A DNA stretch of 64,000 nt, from NCBI GenBank assembly GCA_013265495.1, contig MU057989.1:1939513-2003512 (forward strand). Reading direction: 5' to 3'. This document shows, one piece after another, positions 1 to 11,639 of this stretch; the stretch's first letter is position 1; every line of letters starts with the position of its first letter. The notes under the pieces are model-generated. The model was not told the origin of the DNA. It worked only from the letters and a program-made list of their open reading frames with translations, and ran no database searches. The translations under genes were made by a program, and so were the position numbers. This stretch comes from Vicugna vicugna. Its lineage: Eukaryota.

Positions 1-210
1 TGTGGAAAAAAGCTCTAGAGAAAAACTTGTGTAGTTAAGAGTCGGGTTGATAATGCTTTTAGCCCTTTAAGCAGGCTGAGGCCTGGGACCTCCTGCTGTA
101 TGCTGAGTTCTGCAGCTGCAACAGCAGGATACAAGGAACACAAAGGGTCAAAAACAACTGCAGATGTGCAGTTGGGGTGAATTATGAACAACAAGATGCA
201 CAAATACAAC

Positions 211-282
211 AGCAGGGCACTGGGGGCAAGAGCCGGGCACTGGGGTCAGGAGCAGAGAACTGGGGACAAGAGCAGGGCACTG
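211..282 (+). repeat. 20-bp minisatellite, ~3.6 copies (AGCAGGGCACTGGGGxCAAG)
   Basis: Units start at 211, 231, 251, 271. Confidence 0.8.
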
Positions 283-499
283 AGCATGACCCCTGCACAC
301 AGCCCCACAAGGGGGTTGGGCAGACCACCCAAGCCTCTTCAGAAAGAGCATGAGAAAAACCCTTTAAAACATTGTATAGTTAAGCAGTTACAAAGAACAC
401 TAACGATACCAGATGGTCACCGATGATGACAGTAGGGATCCTGCTCCGTTACAGCTGCACACAGGCCAGGCAGCAATCTTTTTTTTTTTTAAGGATACC

Positions 500-626
500 T
501 TTTTTATTTATTTTTTGGTGGAGTGGTAACTAGATTTTTTTTTTTTAAATGGAGGTACTGGGGATTGAACCCAGGACCTCATGCATGCTAAGCGCACACT
601 CTACAACTGAGCTACACCCTCCCCCC
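500..626 (-). mobile_element. tRNA-Ala-derived SINE (camelid vic-1-like)
   Basis: Reverse complement of tRNA-Ala-like head (TAGCTCAG...GGTTCAATCCCC) plus AT-rich tail. Confidence 0.85.
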
Positions 627-1379
627 AGGCAGGAATCTTGGTCTCCTTGCTTCATATGCTGTAGATGGCTTATGGCCAGGCCAAGGCTGCGAGGTCCCAG
701 AGGATCACTTGGCCAGCCTGTGGCTGGGGTAGTCTTTGCTGGATGTTCTCACACCCACAAGTCTGACTTCCCCCGTCAGTCCCCTTCCACTTCCTCTACT
801 ATGTTGGAAATCGCAGGAAACCTCTTCCTCCTGTGATGTTCCATCAGCAACTTCTACTGAGAAAAGTTAACATAGTGGGCACTTTAAAAGAGAAATGCTT
901 AAAGGAATTCTGTTGTTTACCAGAGAGCATATATTGAAGGGTGCGTTTGGAGCTGAGAGGCAGTAAGTTAGCAACAGGCACAGCACCTCAAAGTTCACAA
1001 GCTCCAGCCACACTTGACGTTGTGTGAACAGCTAGGCATAGTCCCACCTTAGGTCCTTTGCATTAACTTTTCTTTTTCTGGAACATTGTCCGCCTGGGTA
1101 TCCCCTCCTTTGAGTCCTGGGTCAAACGTCACTCTCCCACTATTTTAGTATTGTGCCATTCCTTGTTCCTGGTCCCGTTTGCATGATTTTTTCCCTTTTT
1201 CAATGCAGCTTATCACCTTCTACTATATGGGATAATTTATATATGTATTATGTTTATTGTCTGTTTCACTCTGCCACAATGTAAGGTCCAGGAGGGCAAG
1301 AATAAACAAAGATCAGTATATCCCAAGAGCCTAGAATAGAGCTTGGCACACAGTATTTGTGACAAATATCCAAAAAAGA

Positions 1380-1465
1380 ATTTTTTAATGGAGGAACTGG
1401 GGATTGAACCCAGGATCTCGTGCATGCTAAGCATGTGCTCTACCGCTGAGCTCTAACCCTCCCCC
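1380..1465 (-). mobile_element. vic-1-like SINE
   Basis: ggggattgaacccagg...gctaagcatg...ctgagct core. Confidence 0.85.
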
Positions 1466-2189
1466 TATGACAAATACTGAGTGACTAAGTGAATGACTGA
1501 GACAAACGTGAGATATAAAGGATAAGAAGTAAAATCAACTAGGTAAGCTATATACCCACAAACAGATCTCTTGGTTTTTCCTGCTAGATAAAGTCCAAAC
1601 TCCATATGAAGATTTAACTAAAAAGTCACTCCTTCTATGATTTGGACACTGATGGCGGCTGCAAGATTGGGCAAAGACCACGTTCTCCTCTTGTGACAGG
1701 TCAGCAGCTGAGGTATTTGATTCTGGCCCGGTGGAGTGTTGCTCGCATGTTTTTGGTTAAGCTGACACCAGTGTACTTACAAGACTTTGGAAACAGCTGG
1801 AAGACAGCATTAAGCCAGCTGTAGTCATTTACAGGATTCCATGACAAGCACTGGGGCCCTTGGAGGACAAAAACAGAACTATAAAGCAGAGGTCTTCAGA
1901 CTGGAACAGGCATACTCCTGTGCATCCTGAAAGATGGCCCAAGGGCACCTGCAGTTGTAAGGAGATGGCTTTCCACATTTCAACTTCCAGCTTCAGCTTT
2001 CCAACTTCAACTTCCATTTTACTCTTTCCTGAAATTAACCTGCTTGAGAACAAGTCTGACTACACAACAGTCCTCCTTCTATTTTACAGAAGACAAACAT
2101 ACACCTATTACATCACAATTCAAAGAGAAGTATGTATCAAAATACTGGTTTCAGAGACATCTTTTAAAAAAGTAATCAAGATTTTTATC

Positions 2190-2560
2190 CATTGACAGAT
2201 GAATGGAGAAACAAAATGTGGTACATGCATACAATGGAAATATTCAGCCTTGAAAAGGAAGTCTGACACATGCTACAACATAGATAAAACTTGAAGACGT
2301 TATCTTAAGTGAAATAAGCCCATCACAAAAGGGCAAAATGCTGTATGATTTCAGTTACATGAAGTTCTAGAGTAGTCAAGTTCATAGAGACAGAAAGTAG
2401 AAGGTTGGCTACCAGGAGCTAGAGAGGTGGGGAATGGGGTTAGGGTTAAACGGGTAGAGTTTCAGTTCTGCATGATGAGTTCTGAGATGGATGGTGGTGA
2501 TGGTTGCACAATAAGGTCACTATATTTACTGGTACTGAACTGTACATTGAAAAATGGCTT
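2190..2560 (+). mobile_element. Old L1 3' end fragment
   Basis: gatgaatggagaaacaaaatgtggtacat...ctaagtgaaataagcc-type L1 3' motifs. Confidence 0.75.
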
Positions 2561-3239
2561 AAAACGATAGTGAAAAAAAAAGTAATCAAGGCATTCTAAA
2601 CCTAGGGGGTTCCTGTCTAATATGTATTTTTAATACATATTACATATGTAATATGCAAAGAGTTTGGTTTTAGATACAGATACTTGAAAACCTCTATTGT
2701 GTTGGAATCACAACAGCCGAAGCAGGATGGATTATTTCAAATGTGTGTATCATTTTTTGATGGGCTTTTGAGAACCAATGGATAAAACTCACCGATGAGA
2801 GTTGTACAGTTTCTTTGAGATTGTGTGTGCTTTTAAAAAGTCAAATAAAACGAAATGTTTATTCCAATTACAATCAACCCACACCTCATTCCATCTGGTA
2901 AAAACTGAGCATTTGACATTTTCCATTAGTTAAAAAAAATCCTTTAAATTACATTCAGAAAATTTCTCTGTCAGTTTCAATGTACGAGAAGGTCTGTAGT
3001 TTTCAAGATTTTTGTAGGCGACGCTCAGCAAACGCATGGGTTATCATCTGCTTGCCCGGGTTGGTTTTGAGAGGTTCCCACGCCAGCTGCTGGGTTCACC
3101 TGGATGGAGGGGAAATCGGCGGCTCCCGGGGCCCTGGGGCCCCGCCCCTCCACTGAGGGGGCGTGGTCCCACACGGCCCCGCCCAGGCCCTTCCGGGCGG
3201 GTTCCCGGTCGCATTCGCTTGGTTCCCGCCGGATTCTTA

Positions 3240-3251
3240 GGTTTCATTTCT
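3240..3251 (+). promoter_or_regulatory. ISRE-like element GGTTTCATTTCT
   Basis: TTTC-N-TTTC core ~80 bp upstream of the CGAS ATG; CGAS is a known interferon-stimulated gene. Confidence 0.5.
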
Positions 3252-3328
3252 CAGCACGACTGTGGCTGCATCTTCCCGCGGCCGTTTCCCGAAGCCGGGT
3301 CTCCCTCCGGGGGCAGTGAGCGCCAGCC

Positions 3329-3922
3329 ATGGCCCCGCCGCGCGAGAAGGCGACAAGGACAGCTTCGGTGGCGGGAGCCGTCGTCCCTATGGTCTCGGCG
3401 CGGAGCGCGCAGGGCGTCCCGACTGAGCCCAGCGGGCCCCCCGAGGCCACCCAGGCCCGCGCGCGGAGGAGCGGCCGCCCCGGGGAGAAGCCACGGGGAC
3501 GCGCGCCACCTTCCCGCGCCGAGGACCGGGCGGAGGGCGCTGCGGCTCCGACCAGAGAGGGAGAACCCCCCGCAGCCCCGGGGCCGCCCCTTCCCAGCTC
3601 CGGATCTCGCCGCCAGGGGAGTGTGCGCGCCACCCGGGAGCGCAGACCGCAGCCCGCGCCCGTCGAGGTCCCCGGTCCCACCGAGAGCCCCGGCCCGCTG
3701 GTCCCGAACCCCGGTCCTGGGCTGAGGGAGACGGCGCCCGGCGCCTGGAAGCTCCGGGCCGTGCTGGAGCAGCTGAGGCTGAGCCGCCGGGAGATCTCGG
3801 CGGCGGTGGAGGTGGTGAACCGGGTGGTGGACCACCTGCTGCGGAAACTGCAGCAGGGATGCGAGTCCGAGTTCAGGGGCGTGGGGCTGCTGCGCACCGG
3901 GAGCTACTACGAGCGCGTGAAG
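3329..3922 (+). CDS. CGAS: cyclic GMP-AMP synthase exon 1 (disordered N-terminus, spine helix, GSYYE)
   Basis: MAPPREK...[11 protein letters not shown]...TGSYYERVK then AAG|gtgagc donor; 594 nt, phase 0. Confidence 0.97.
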
Positions 3923-4319
3923 GTGAGCCGCCTGGGCACGCGCCCCCCGCACCCCCCGTACCCCTCTTTCGGAGTAACGCGAGCGCTTGCGCTTCTGGGG
4001 CTGGTGATGCAGCTCTAGTTAAAACGCGGTTTAATTAGAACTGTGTAGAATGAAAAAGAACAAACTACCCATAGACAAGACGATGTGGATGAACCTCACA
4101 GACACTGTTAGATGAAGTGAGATGTGAAGAGGATATCCTGTATGATTCAGTCTGTGTGATGTTCCCAAACAGGCAGATCTCACGTGTGGTGGTAGAGGTC
4201 AGCACAGTGGCTGCCTGGGTGGAGGGGGAACGATGCTGGGATGGGAATGGGGCAATTTAGAATGCCCGCAAAGCTCACTGTTCTCGCCGGGATTCAGCCA
4301 CTTTTCTTTCTTTCTTGTT

Positions 4320-4450
4320 AAATTTATTTCTTTATTTTGGGGGGAAGTAATTAGATTTTTATATATTTATTTTTAATGAAGGTCCTGGGGATTGAACCCA
4401 GATCTCGTGCATGCTAGGCATGCATCAACGCCTGAGCTATACCACCCCCT
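4320..4450 (-). mobile_element. vic-1-like SINE
   Basis: SINE core and tail. Confidence 0.8.
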
Positions 4451-4647
4451 CTCAGCCACTTTTCTTAAATAAATCCTTGCACTGTTTCAAGCCTTTGGTT
4501 AATTTACAGAGATAGAGATCTGAAAAAGTTGAATTTGACTGTTTCTACCCGTGTTGTTGTTGCTTTTATGGGAGAGTGGATTTTCAGAGACCTCTGTCTG
4601 AGGACTTCCTTCCCACTGACTTCAAGTGTTTGTTTCACCTTCTCAGC

Positions 4648-5030
4648 GTATCCCAGTCAGCTTGCGCTGCCACAACGAAATAGCACAGACTGAGCGGCTT
4701 AAAGAACATAAATTGATTTTTCTGGCCATAAGGCCAAAAGGCCATGATCAGGGTGCCAGAATGGTTAGGTTGTAGTGAGGACTCTGGTCCTGGTTTGCAG
4801 ACAACCACTTCTCCCCGTGTCCTCACTGTGTTCTCCATACATGTGCGCAGAGAGAACTTTGGTATCTCTTCTTGTAAGTCCACCAGTCCTATCCGATAGG
4901 ACCCCACCCTCCGGATCTCATTTAACCTTCATTACCTCCTAAAAGCCCTGTCTCTAACTTCAGTCGCATTGGGAGTTAGGGCTTCAATATGTGAATTTGG
5001 GGGGCAGGGCACTGTTAAGTACATAGCACA
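4648..5030. mobile_element. MaLR (MLT1-like) solo LTR
   Basis: gctgccacaacgaaatagcacagactgagcggcttaa...ctcatttaacctt..attacctcct...ggcttcaatatgtgaatttggggg. Confidence 0.7.
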
Positions 5031-5702
5031 ATAGGTCTCAATTTGAACTGGCCACAGTCACATGGTCAAGTAGACATGGGGCTACCAGGCACTGTGTTGA
5101 ACACTACAGTCTAATAGCTGTGCCTGAAAAGTACCCCTAGCTCATTTAAGACGTGCACTTTTAATAAAGGAAAAATAATCATTTATTATAATTGCTTTGA
5201 TTATTATTGTGATGTTGTAGATTTCTTTGAAGCTTGTAAAATGCTCTGGTTCAGAAACACTAATGTAGTATGTGACTTTGAGCTCACACTCACTTGGCTA
5301 ACTGGTGACTCTAACAAGAAGGCCCTCACTCAAGTAGCCAGGAGGTGACTACACACATTTTTAAGGCCACTGTGACAGGAGGGTGGCTCAGTGTGCAGCT
5401 TGTGATGTAAAAGGTAGCACCTTAAAGATCTTTAATTTTATTAAACTGTAAACTCAAAAAAAAACTGGTACATGATATTATTTTAAGTTGCTTTAAATTA
5501 TAAATACATACTTGTGGCTTAAGAAAATGAGTATAAAACCTATAAAATAAAACCAATAATATTCTCCCAGCTCCACTAATCCCATTCCCAGAGAGTATAA
5601 ATATTGGGAAACAGGATCTAAGTAGAAATTTCAAGAAAAAAATTGTAGCTGCTTGGAAAATATTCACAAGCAAACATTTCAGTGCTGTTTTCACTTTCTT
5701 AG

Positions 5703-5922
5703 GTTTCTGCTCCTAATGAATTTGATGTTATGTTCAAACTGGAGGTCCCCAGAATTGAGCTACAAGAATATGCCAACAGTGGTACTCACTACTTTGTGAA
5801 GTTCAAAAGAAATCCCAAAGGAAATCCTCTGAATCAGTTTTTAGAAGGGGAAAAAATATCAGCTTCTAAGATGCTGTCCAAGTTTAGGGCAATCATTAAG
5901 GAAGAAATTAAAAATATTGAAG
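5703..5922 (+). CDS. CGAS: CGAS exon 2 (catalytic E-F-D; nucleosome-anchor R in FKRNP)
   Basis: ttag|GTT TCT GCT CCT AAT GAA TTT GAT ([17 protein letters not shown]...KNIE) G|gtaag; 220 nt. Confidence 0.97.
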
Positions 5923-5974
5923 GTAAGATTTCTGAATTTTGATTCTTCTTTTTAAATGAGTGATGTTTTTCTAT

Positions 5975-6149
5975 TTTTAAATTTTGGGGGGGGTAATTAG
6001 CTTTTCCTTCTTCCCTTCCTTCCTTCTTCCCTTCCTTCCTTCCTTCCTTCTTGATGGAGGTACTGGGGACTGAGCCCAGGACATTGTGTATGCTAGACAG
6101 GCAGTCTACCTCTGAGCTGCACTCTGACGCTGAGCTACACCCTCCCCCC
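5975..6149 (-). mobile_element. vic-1-like SINE with (CTTC)n-expanded tail
   Basis: SINE core; CCTT repeats at 6005-6050. Confidence 0.75.
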
Positions 6150-6179
6150 TGAACTGTGACTCTTAAAAGTTATGATCAT

Positions 6180-8350
6180 ACCTACTGATTGCCAGTGCAC
6201 ACTCCTTCCTTGCTCTTTCTTGATCTCCCTGCAGCAGATTGTTGACTTCCGCCCGCTAGAAACAAGTCCTTGTTCTTGGTGTTAGTGAGCCACAGTCCCT
6301 TGGTATTCTTCCTAAGTGTTGATTGGCTCTATATTGGTCTCCACTGAATATTCACTGACCTGCCTACCCTGCGGGGTGTAAGTGGTTGATAAAATCGGTG
6401 GCATCCCCTCTGGAAGCCTGAAGCTTGTAAACACACATCCCAATTCCTGCTGTGAGGGCATGGGGTGGGATGGGTGGGAGCAACAGGCTCAAGGAGCAAA
6501 AAGAGGTCCTGTGGACAAGGAGGGAGAGGGACATGAGATGAAGAGGTGACCAGGGCCAAACTATGCAAGGACTTGTACATCCTGGAAGGGAGTTCAGCTT
6601 TTGTTTTGAGAAGCCAGGTTTGAATGAGAGAATGATGGGTGGCTTCGTATTCTAAAAAGTTACTCTGACTTCTGTGGATATTGGAAAGGCAAGTATGACA
6701 ACAGTTCAGGTGAAGGATGGTGGCAGCTTCGGTGGGGGTCCGGTAAGGGCCTGAGGGACATATCCATCTGTGTGCCAGGGGTGTGAGGATGGAGTCAAAG
6801 AAGGCTCCCAGTTTCCTAGATTGAGACCCGTGTGCATTGACTGTGCCCTTTTCTCCAATAGGAAGGGCTGATGACCATATTTTGAGACATGAATTAAGAG
6901 GCCGGCTCTGGATATGCTGAGTTAGACATTCTTGTGATGTGTGAATGTATCAAGTACATAGTCGGATGTGGGTTTGGAGTTCAGAGATGCGGGTGGGCTG
7001 CCCGTAAACATAACACATGGCATTGACAGTGGATGAGACCACGTAGGTAGAGAGTATAGATTCCTTTTTCATTAATTTCATCAATAGTCATCAGTCATCT
7101 GATGTGCCACGTGCGCTCGGTATTTGGGATCTGTTAATGAACAAATAGATGAAGTCCTTCACCTTTCCGAAGTTGATAATCACGTAAGGGCAGACGTGTG
7201 ATGAGTAACAAGTGGAAAACATAGTTATCTTGTAGAGTAGAAAGTAGAAAGTCCTGGGGTGAAAGAGTATAGCAAAGTCAGGGGGATCAGGGGTGCCAGA
7301 CATGGTACTGGTGGGGGAGATGGCAGTGTTAAGTAGAGTGGACCCCATTAGAGGTTGGGGAGGAGGGAAGGAGACCGCTAGTCTTGCCAGGAGTGGTCAG
7401 TGTCTGCAGGGGTGCTGACATCCAGAATGCTTTGGTCCTTGGTTTGTTTTGTGGGGAGTGGGGTGAGTAGCTGTGACTTAGCAGTTTCAGTGGGTCATGA
7501 GCACGAGAAGGGGAGGAGGGTGCAGGGATGCGGTGGAGACAGCATGTGTGGGCAACTGTTTGGAAAGTGCTGGCTGTGAGGAAGTAGGAAGATGGGTGAG
7601 TGTGGGGAGGTTGCAAATGCAGGGTTGTGGGAGGGGAATCTGAGAATGAGAGATCCTGGAATGACCCAGCGGGGAAGGGAGGCTGCTGACATGGGGAGGG
7701 AGCACATGGAGGGGTGGGTGCTTGACAAGGCAGAGGGAAGGAACCTGGAGACCATGGGCAGGGGTGGCCTTCGGAAGGGGGACAGGCACTTCCCTGGTGG
7801 TAGCAGGATGAGAGGAGAAGATAGTGGATGAAAGGTGGGTGAGTTTGTAGATTCAGTAATAAGATTTTTTTTCTAGTGGAGGCACTGGGGCTTGAACCCA
7901 GGACCTCACGCATGCTAAGCATGCACCCTGCCGCTGAGCTATACCCTCCCAACTCTGCTATAAGACATGAGGGCACGCTCGGATTTTCTCCTTGGCGCTC
8001 TGGTCCTGCCACTGTGGCCCCGTCCCGAAGTCTTGTCCAGAAGGGGCTTTGACTCCAGCTTGTACACCCCAAAACCCAAAGCCAGGGTCTCTTCCCTAGA
8101 GGCCTTCCCAGAGTTTCTGACCTGCCCAGCGGTTTAAGTCTACCTGGGTGTCCCACAGTCACTGAGAGATCAGGGCGTCTGAAATGAAGTTCATCTCGGC
8201 CCGCCTTTCTTTGTCCTGCTCACTCTGAATTGCAGAACAGAATCGGCATCGACCACTTCTCAGGTCAGGACTCATGCCTTCTTATCTCCCAGATTCAGCC
8301 CATCTCCCAGCTGTTACCTTGACCCTCTGATTGCTTTCACTTCTCTACCT
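6180..8350. mobile_element. L2-like degenerate fragments
   Basis: Purine-rich degenerate sequence typical of L2; boundaries uncertain. Confidence 0.45.
7864..7950 (-). mobile_element. vic-1-like SINE
   Basis: SINE core. Confidence 0.8.
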
Positions 8351-8489
8351 GTGCCTCTTTTGTGTTTTTTTAAATTGAAGTCTAGTCAGTTACAATGCTG
8401 TGTCAGTTTCTGGTGTACAGCATAATGGTTGCAGTCATACCGACACATGCGTATATTCCTTTTCATATTCTTTTTCATTATAAGTTACT

Positions 8490-8632
8490 GTTTTGGGGTT
8501 TTTTGGGAGGGAGAGATAATTAGATTTATTTATTCATTAATTTTTTTCTTTTAATGGAGGTACTGGGGCTTGAACCTAGGACCTCATTCATGCTAAGCAT
8601 GCACTCTACCACTGAGCTATACCCTCCCCCAC
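8490..8632 (-). mobile_element. vic-1-like SINE
   Basis: SINE core and tail. Confidence 0.85.
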
Positions 8633-8649
8633 CATGTGTGCCTTTTTAA

Positions 8650-9200
8650 AAGAAATAGAAACTACATATCTGGGGTATACAGCGTGATGACTTGATATAC
8701 ATAAACACAGTGAAGTGATTACCATGGTCAAGCTGATTGACACGCCTCCTCACATAGTTACCTTTTGGTGTGTGTGGTGAGGGCACCTGAAACCCATCCT
8801 CTTGGCACATTTCCCGAATTCAGTACAGTAGCATTAACAGCAGTCGTCATGCTGTACCTTAGATCTCTAGACCTCCTCGGCCCGCTTAACTGTTAACTCT
8901 GGTCTCTCTGATGACCCTCTCCCTGCTTCCCCCACCTCTCTGCCCCCGTAACCACCCTCTACACTTGCTCCTATGGATTCAACTTTTTTAGATTCGATGT
9001 ATAAGTGACAGCATTTGCCTTTCTGTGTCTGGCTTATTTCACTTGACATCACATCCTCCAAGTCCATCCACATCACAAGTGGCAGGTTTTGTTCCTTGTG
9101 AAAGCAGAACAATATCCCTCATCTGTGAATGCCACGGCCTCTTTGCCTGTTCATCCTCCGTGGGCACGAGGTTGTCTCTGTGTCTTGGCTGTTGCAGACA
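8650..9200 (-). mobile_element. Old L1 3' end fragment
   Basis: ttctgtgtctggcttatttcact...tccatcca motifs. Confidence 0.65.
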
Positions 9201-9384
9201 AGGCTGCAGTGCCCGTGGGCTGTTCGCCGTGTCTCGATGCTCACTGCCTCTGGGTTGGGGTCGCTCTGGCCTTCCCTGCTGCTCATCCAAACTGCTGTCC
9301 ATACATTTAAGTGAAAATTTAATCACAGCCCTCCCATTCTCCAGCGTCTGAGACTCCTCATTTTAGATACCAGACAGAATCTTT

Positions 9385-9535
9385 CTTTTTTTTAAATTTT
9401 ATCTTGTTGTTGTGGAGGAGGTAATTTGGTTTTTTTAAAAAACCTTATTTATTTTTAATGGAGGCACTGGGGATTGAACCCAGAACCTTGGCACATCAAG
9501 TGTGCTCTCTGCCACTGAGCTATAGCCCCCACCAC
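9385..9535 (-). mobile_element. vic-1-like SINE
   Basis: SINE core and tail. Confidence 0.75.
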
Positions 9536-9659
9536 CCGTAGAACTAATTTTCACCTTACACTTAGCGCTATGTGTATCTCCAAGTATATTTATGTTCCCT
9601 CTATTTTCAGAGAAAATTGGGTTGATCAGTCCTTTCTTCCCTTTTCTGTGTTGAAGCAG

Positions 9660-9902
9660 ACACAGATGTCATTGTGGAGAGGAAGAAAAAAGGGAGCCCA
9701 GCTGTGACACTTCTGATGAGAAAACCTATGGAAATATCTGTGGATATAACCCTGGCTCTGGAGTCCAAAGGCAGCTGGCCCGCCAGCACCTTCAACGGCC
9801 TGCCCATCAATAGGTGGCTTGGAGTAAAAGTCAGGAACGATATGAGACGAAGGCCTTTTTACCTGGTCCCCAAGCATGCCAGGGAAGGAAGTGGGTTTCA
9901 AG
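9660..9902 (+). CDS. CGAS: CGAS exon 3 (GSPAVTL, catalytic D in SVDI, FYLVPK)
   Basis: aagcag|AC ACA GAT GTC ([16 protein letters not shown]...GFQ) G|gtatct; 243 nt. Confidence 0.96.
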
Positions 9903-11639
9903 GTATCTGGAATGTGGTGGTTAATGTTAAGACATAGATTCAAGTGATGGGGGTATTGATAAACATAAAGGTTGCTCCTGGAATTATAGAATTGGTAATT
10001 TAAAAGCATTAGATACAAGAAACTGTCAGCTATGTCGATTGAGTACTCTGATTTTAATGTTGATATGGAACAAAGACAACTTTTTTTTTAGGCTTTTATC
10101 TTGAACACAGTGTCTGGACTTGAAAAAAGATATTGCGTATCCCAACGGTCAGTGGTCTTCCAGGGAGTGATGCTCAGGGGTAAATATGATTTGAACCTAA
10201 TGCATGTTTAGAGAGTGTCTAAAACTCAGACCAGGCAGCTCCATCTCCTCTGACCCTGAATATAGTCCTAAAGTAAACTGCTGAGGAAACTGCGTCCCAG
10301 AGATGACAGGTGAGGAGTTTTTGAAGTGCGTCCACGTTCTGCTGGAGATCACAGAAGCCCGACTGACTGACGTGACAGCTGTTGATTGAGCAGAAGTTCT
10401 TTTTGGAAGGGATATCTTGAAGATTATGACTCAGACATTGGAGGAACTAAGGTGACGGGCAGTGGAAGGAATCGGAACGTGTGAAATGCTTCGAAAATTT
10501 ATTGGCTGAAATAATTTTGCCCGTGTTGCACAATTGAAAAAAAAGCAAACCCTTTACACTTTTTGTAGGAAAAGCCAGCATGTATTTTTGCCTTGAAGTT
10601 TCTCTGGCGTTCTCCGTGGAGGGAACGGAAACACCAGGTACAGCTGGGACGTCCTCACACATGCAGTCGTGGGCGTGTGCAGGGCTGCTCACCTGGGGAA
10701 ATTCTCCTGCCCTCGGTCTGTCTTGGGCGTATGCGTCTTGCTCTGCTTTCTCTTCCTTTTGCTGTTGCACTTAAGCTAACTGACGGTATAATCTGTAAGA
10801 AACGTGTATGGAATTAAAGACAAACATTTAAGGAAGAAGACATCCATATGAAAGTTGTTACTGTTAGATGCGTGGGCAGGGAGAGGGCCGCTGTGCTGTT
10901 GGCATTTGATGGGAGGTAAAATTGGAAAGGGCGTGCCTGTACCAGTAGCACCAAATACTCAGCTCTGAAACATCTGCCAGCCCAGCCCACATTTGAAGGT
11001 TGGTTTTATTTGTAATAGAGAAAAGGCAGTACTGGCCTTGGAGCCAGACTGCCCTGCATCCGAGTCCTGAGGCCTCTCCCCTCACGAGCTGTGTGCTCTT
11101 GGACTAGTTTTCAGTTTTGTTTCATAACTGTATAAAGCATTCCCATGGCTCCAAAGTCAAAGCTGCAGAAGAAAGTAGTCTTAGAGAAACATAATGTCCC
11201 TTGATCTTCCCTCCACACCCTTCTCTTCTCCCCTGCTCGGAAACCCTTTCATTGTTTTCGCTTTACTTTTCATTTTTTAAAAATACAAGGAAACACACAC
11301 ACACACACATATATGCAACCCCCCTTTTTAAGATAAAAAGGTACATACACCTTTCTGTTTTCACTTACTAAGTTATCTCAGATACCACCGCATGGCTCTC
11401 TATAGACAGCAACCACTCCTTTCCACAGCTATTTTTACAGCTGGTCAAGGAGTAGTGAATCCACGTCTAACGCTGCCAGATATTGCTGAAATCCCCTCCG
11501 TATGGGACTCAGCAGCTTGCATTCCCACAGCGATGTATGGGAGTACCGATTTTACACTCAGCTTTATCAACAGAACTTGTTAAACTTTGGAAATTTTGCC
11601 AGTAATCCCAAAAGTGAGAAGTGATAACTCCATGCAGTT

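Larger units (their letters stand above)
3015..4030 (+). promoter_or_regulatory. CGAS: CpG island / CGAS promoter and exon 1
   Basis: Very GC- and CpG-rich with GC boxes; surrounds ATG 3329 in strong Kozak context (ccagccATGG). Confidence 0.85.

Noticed and set aside
211..282. CRISPR-like or prokaryotic defence array near a cGAS gene
   Set aside because: Contiguous repeats without spacers in an intron-containing mammalian locus; an ordinary minisatellite.
3036..3952. Long overlapping ORFs (217-233 aa) in other frames over CGAS exon 1
   Set aside because: Expected stop-codon scarcity in a CpG island; low-complexity R/P/G peptides with no recognisable family.
7329..8162. 277-aa minus-strand ORF
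   Set aside because: Runs through L2-like debris and a SINE; non-ATG start; no domain.
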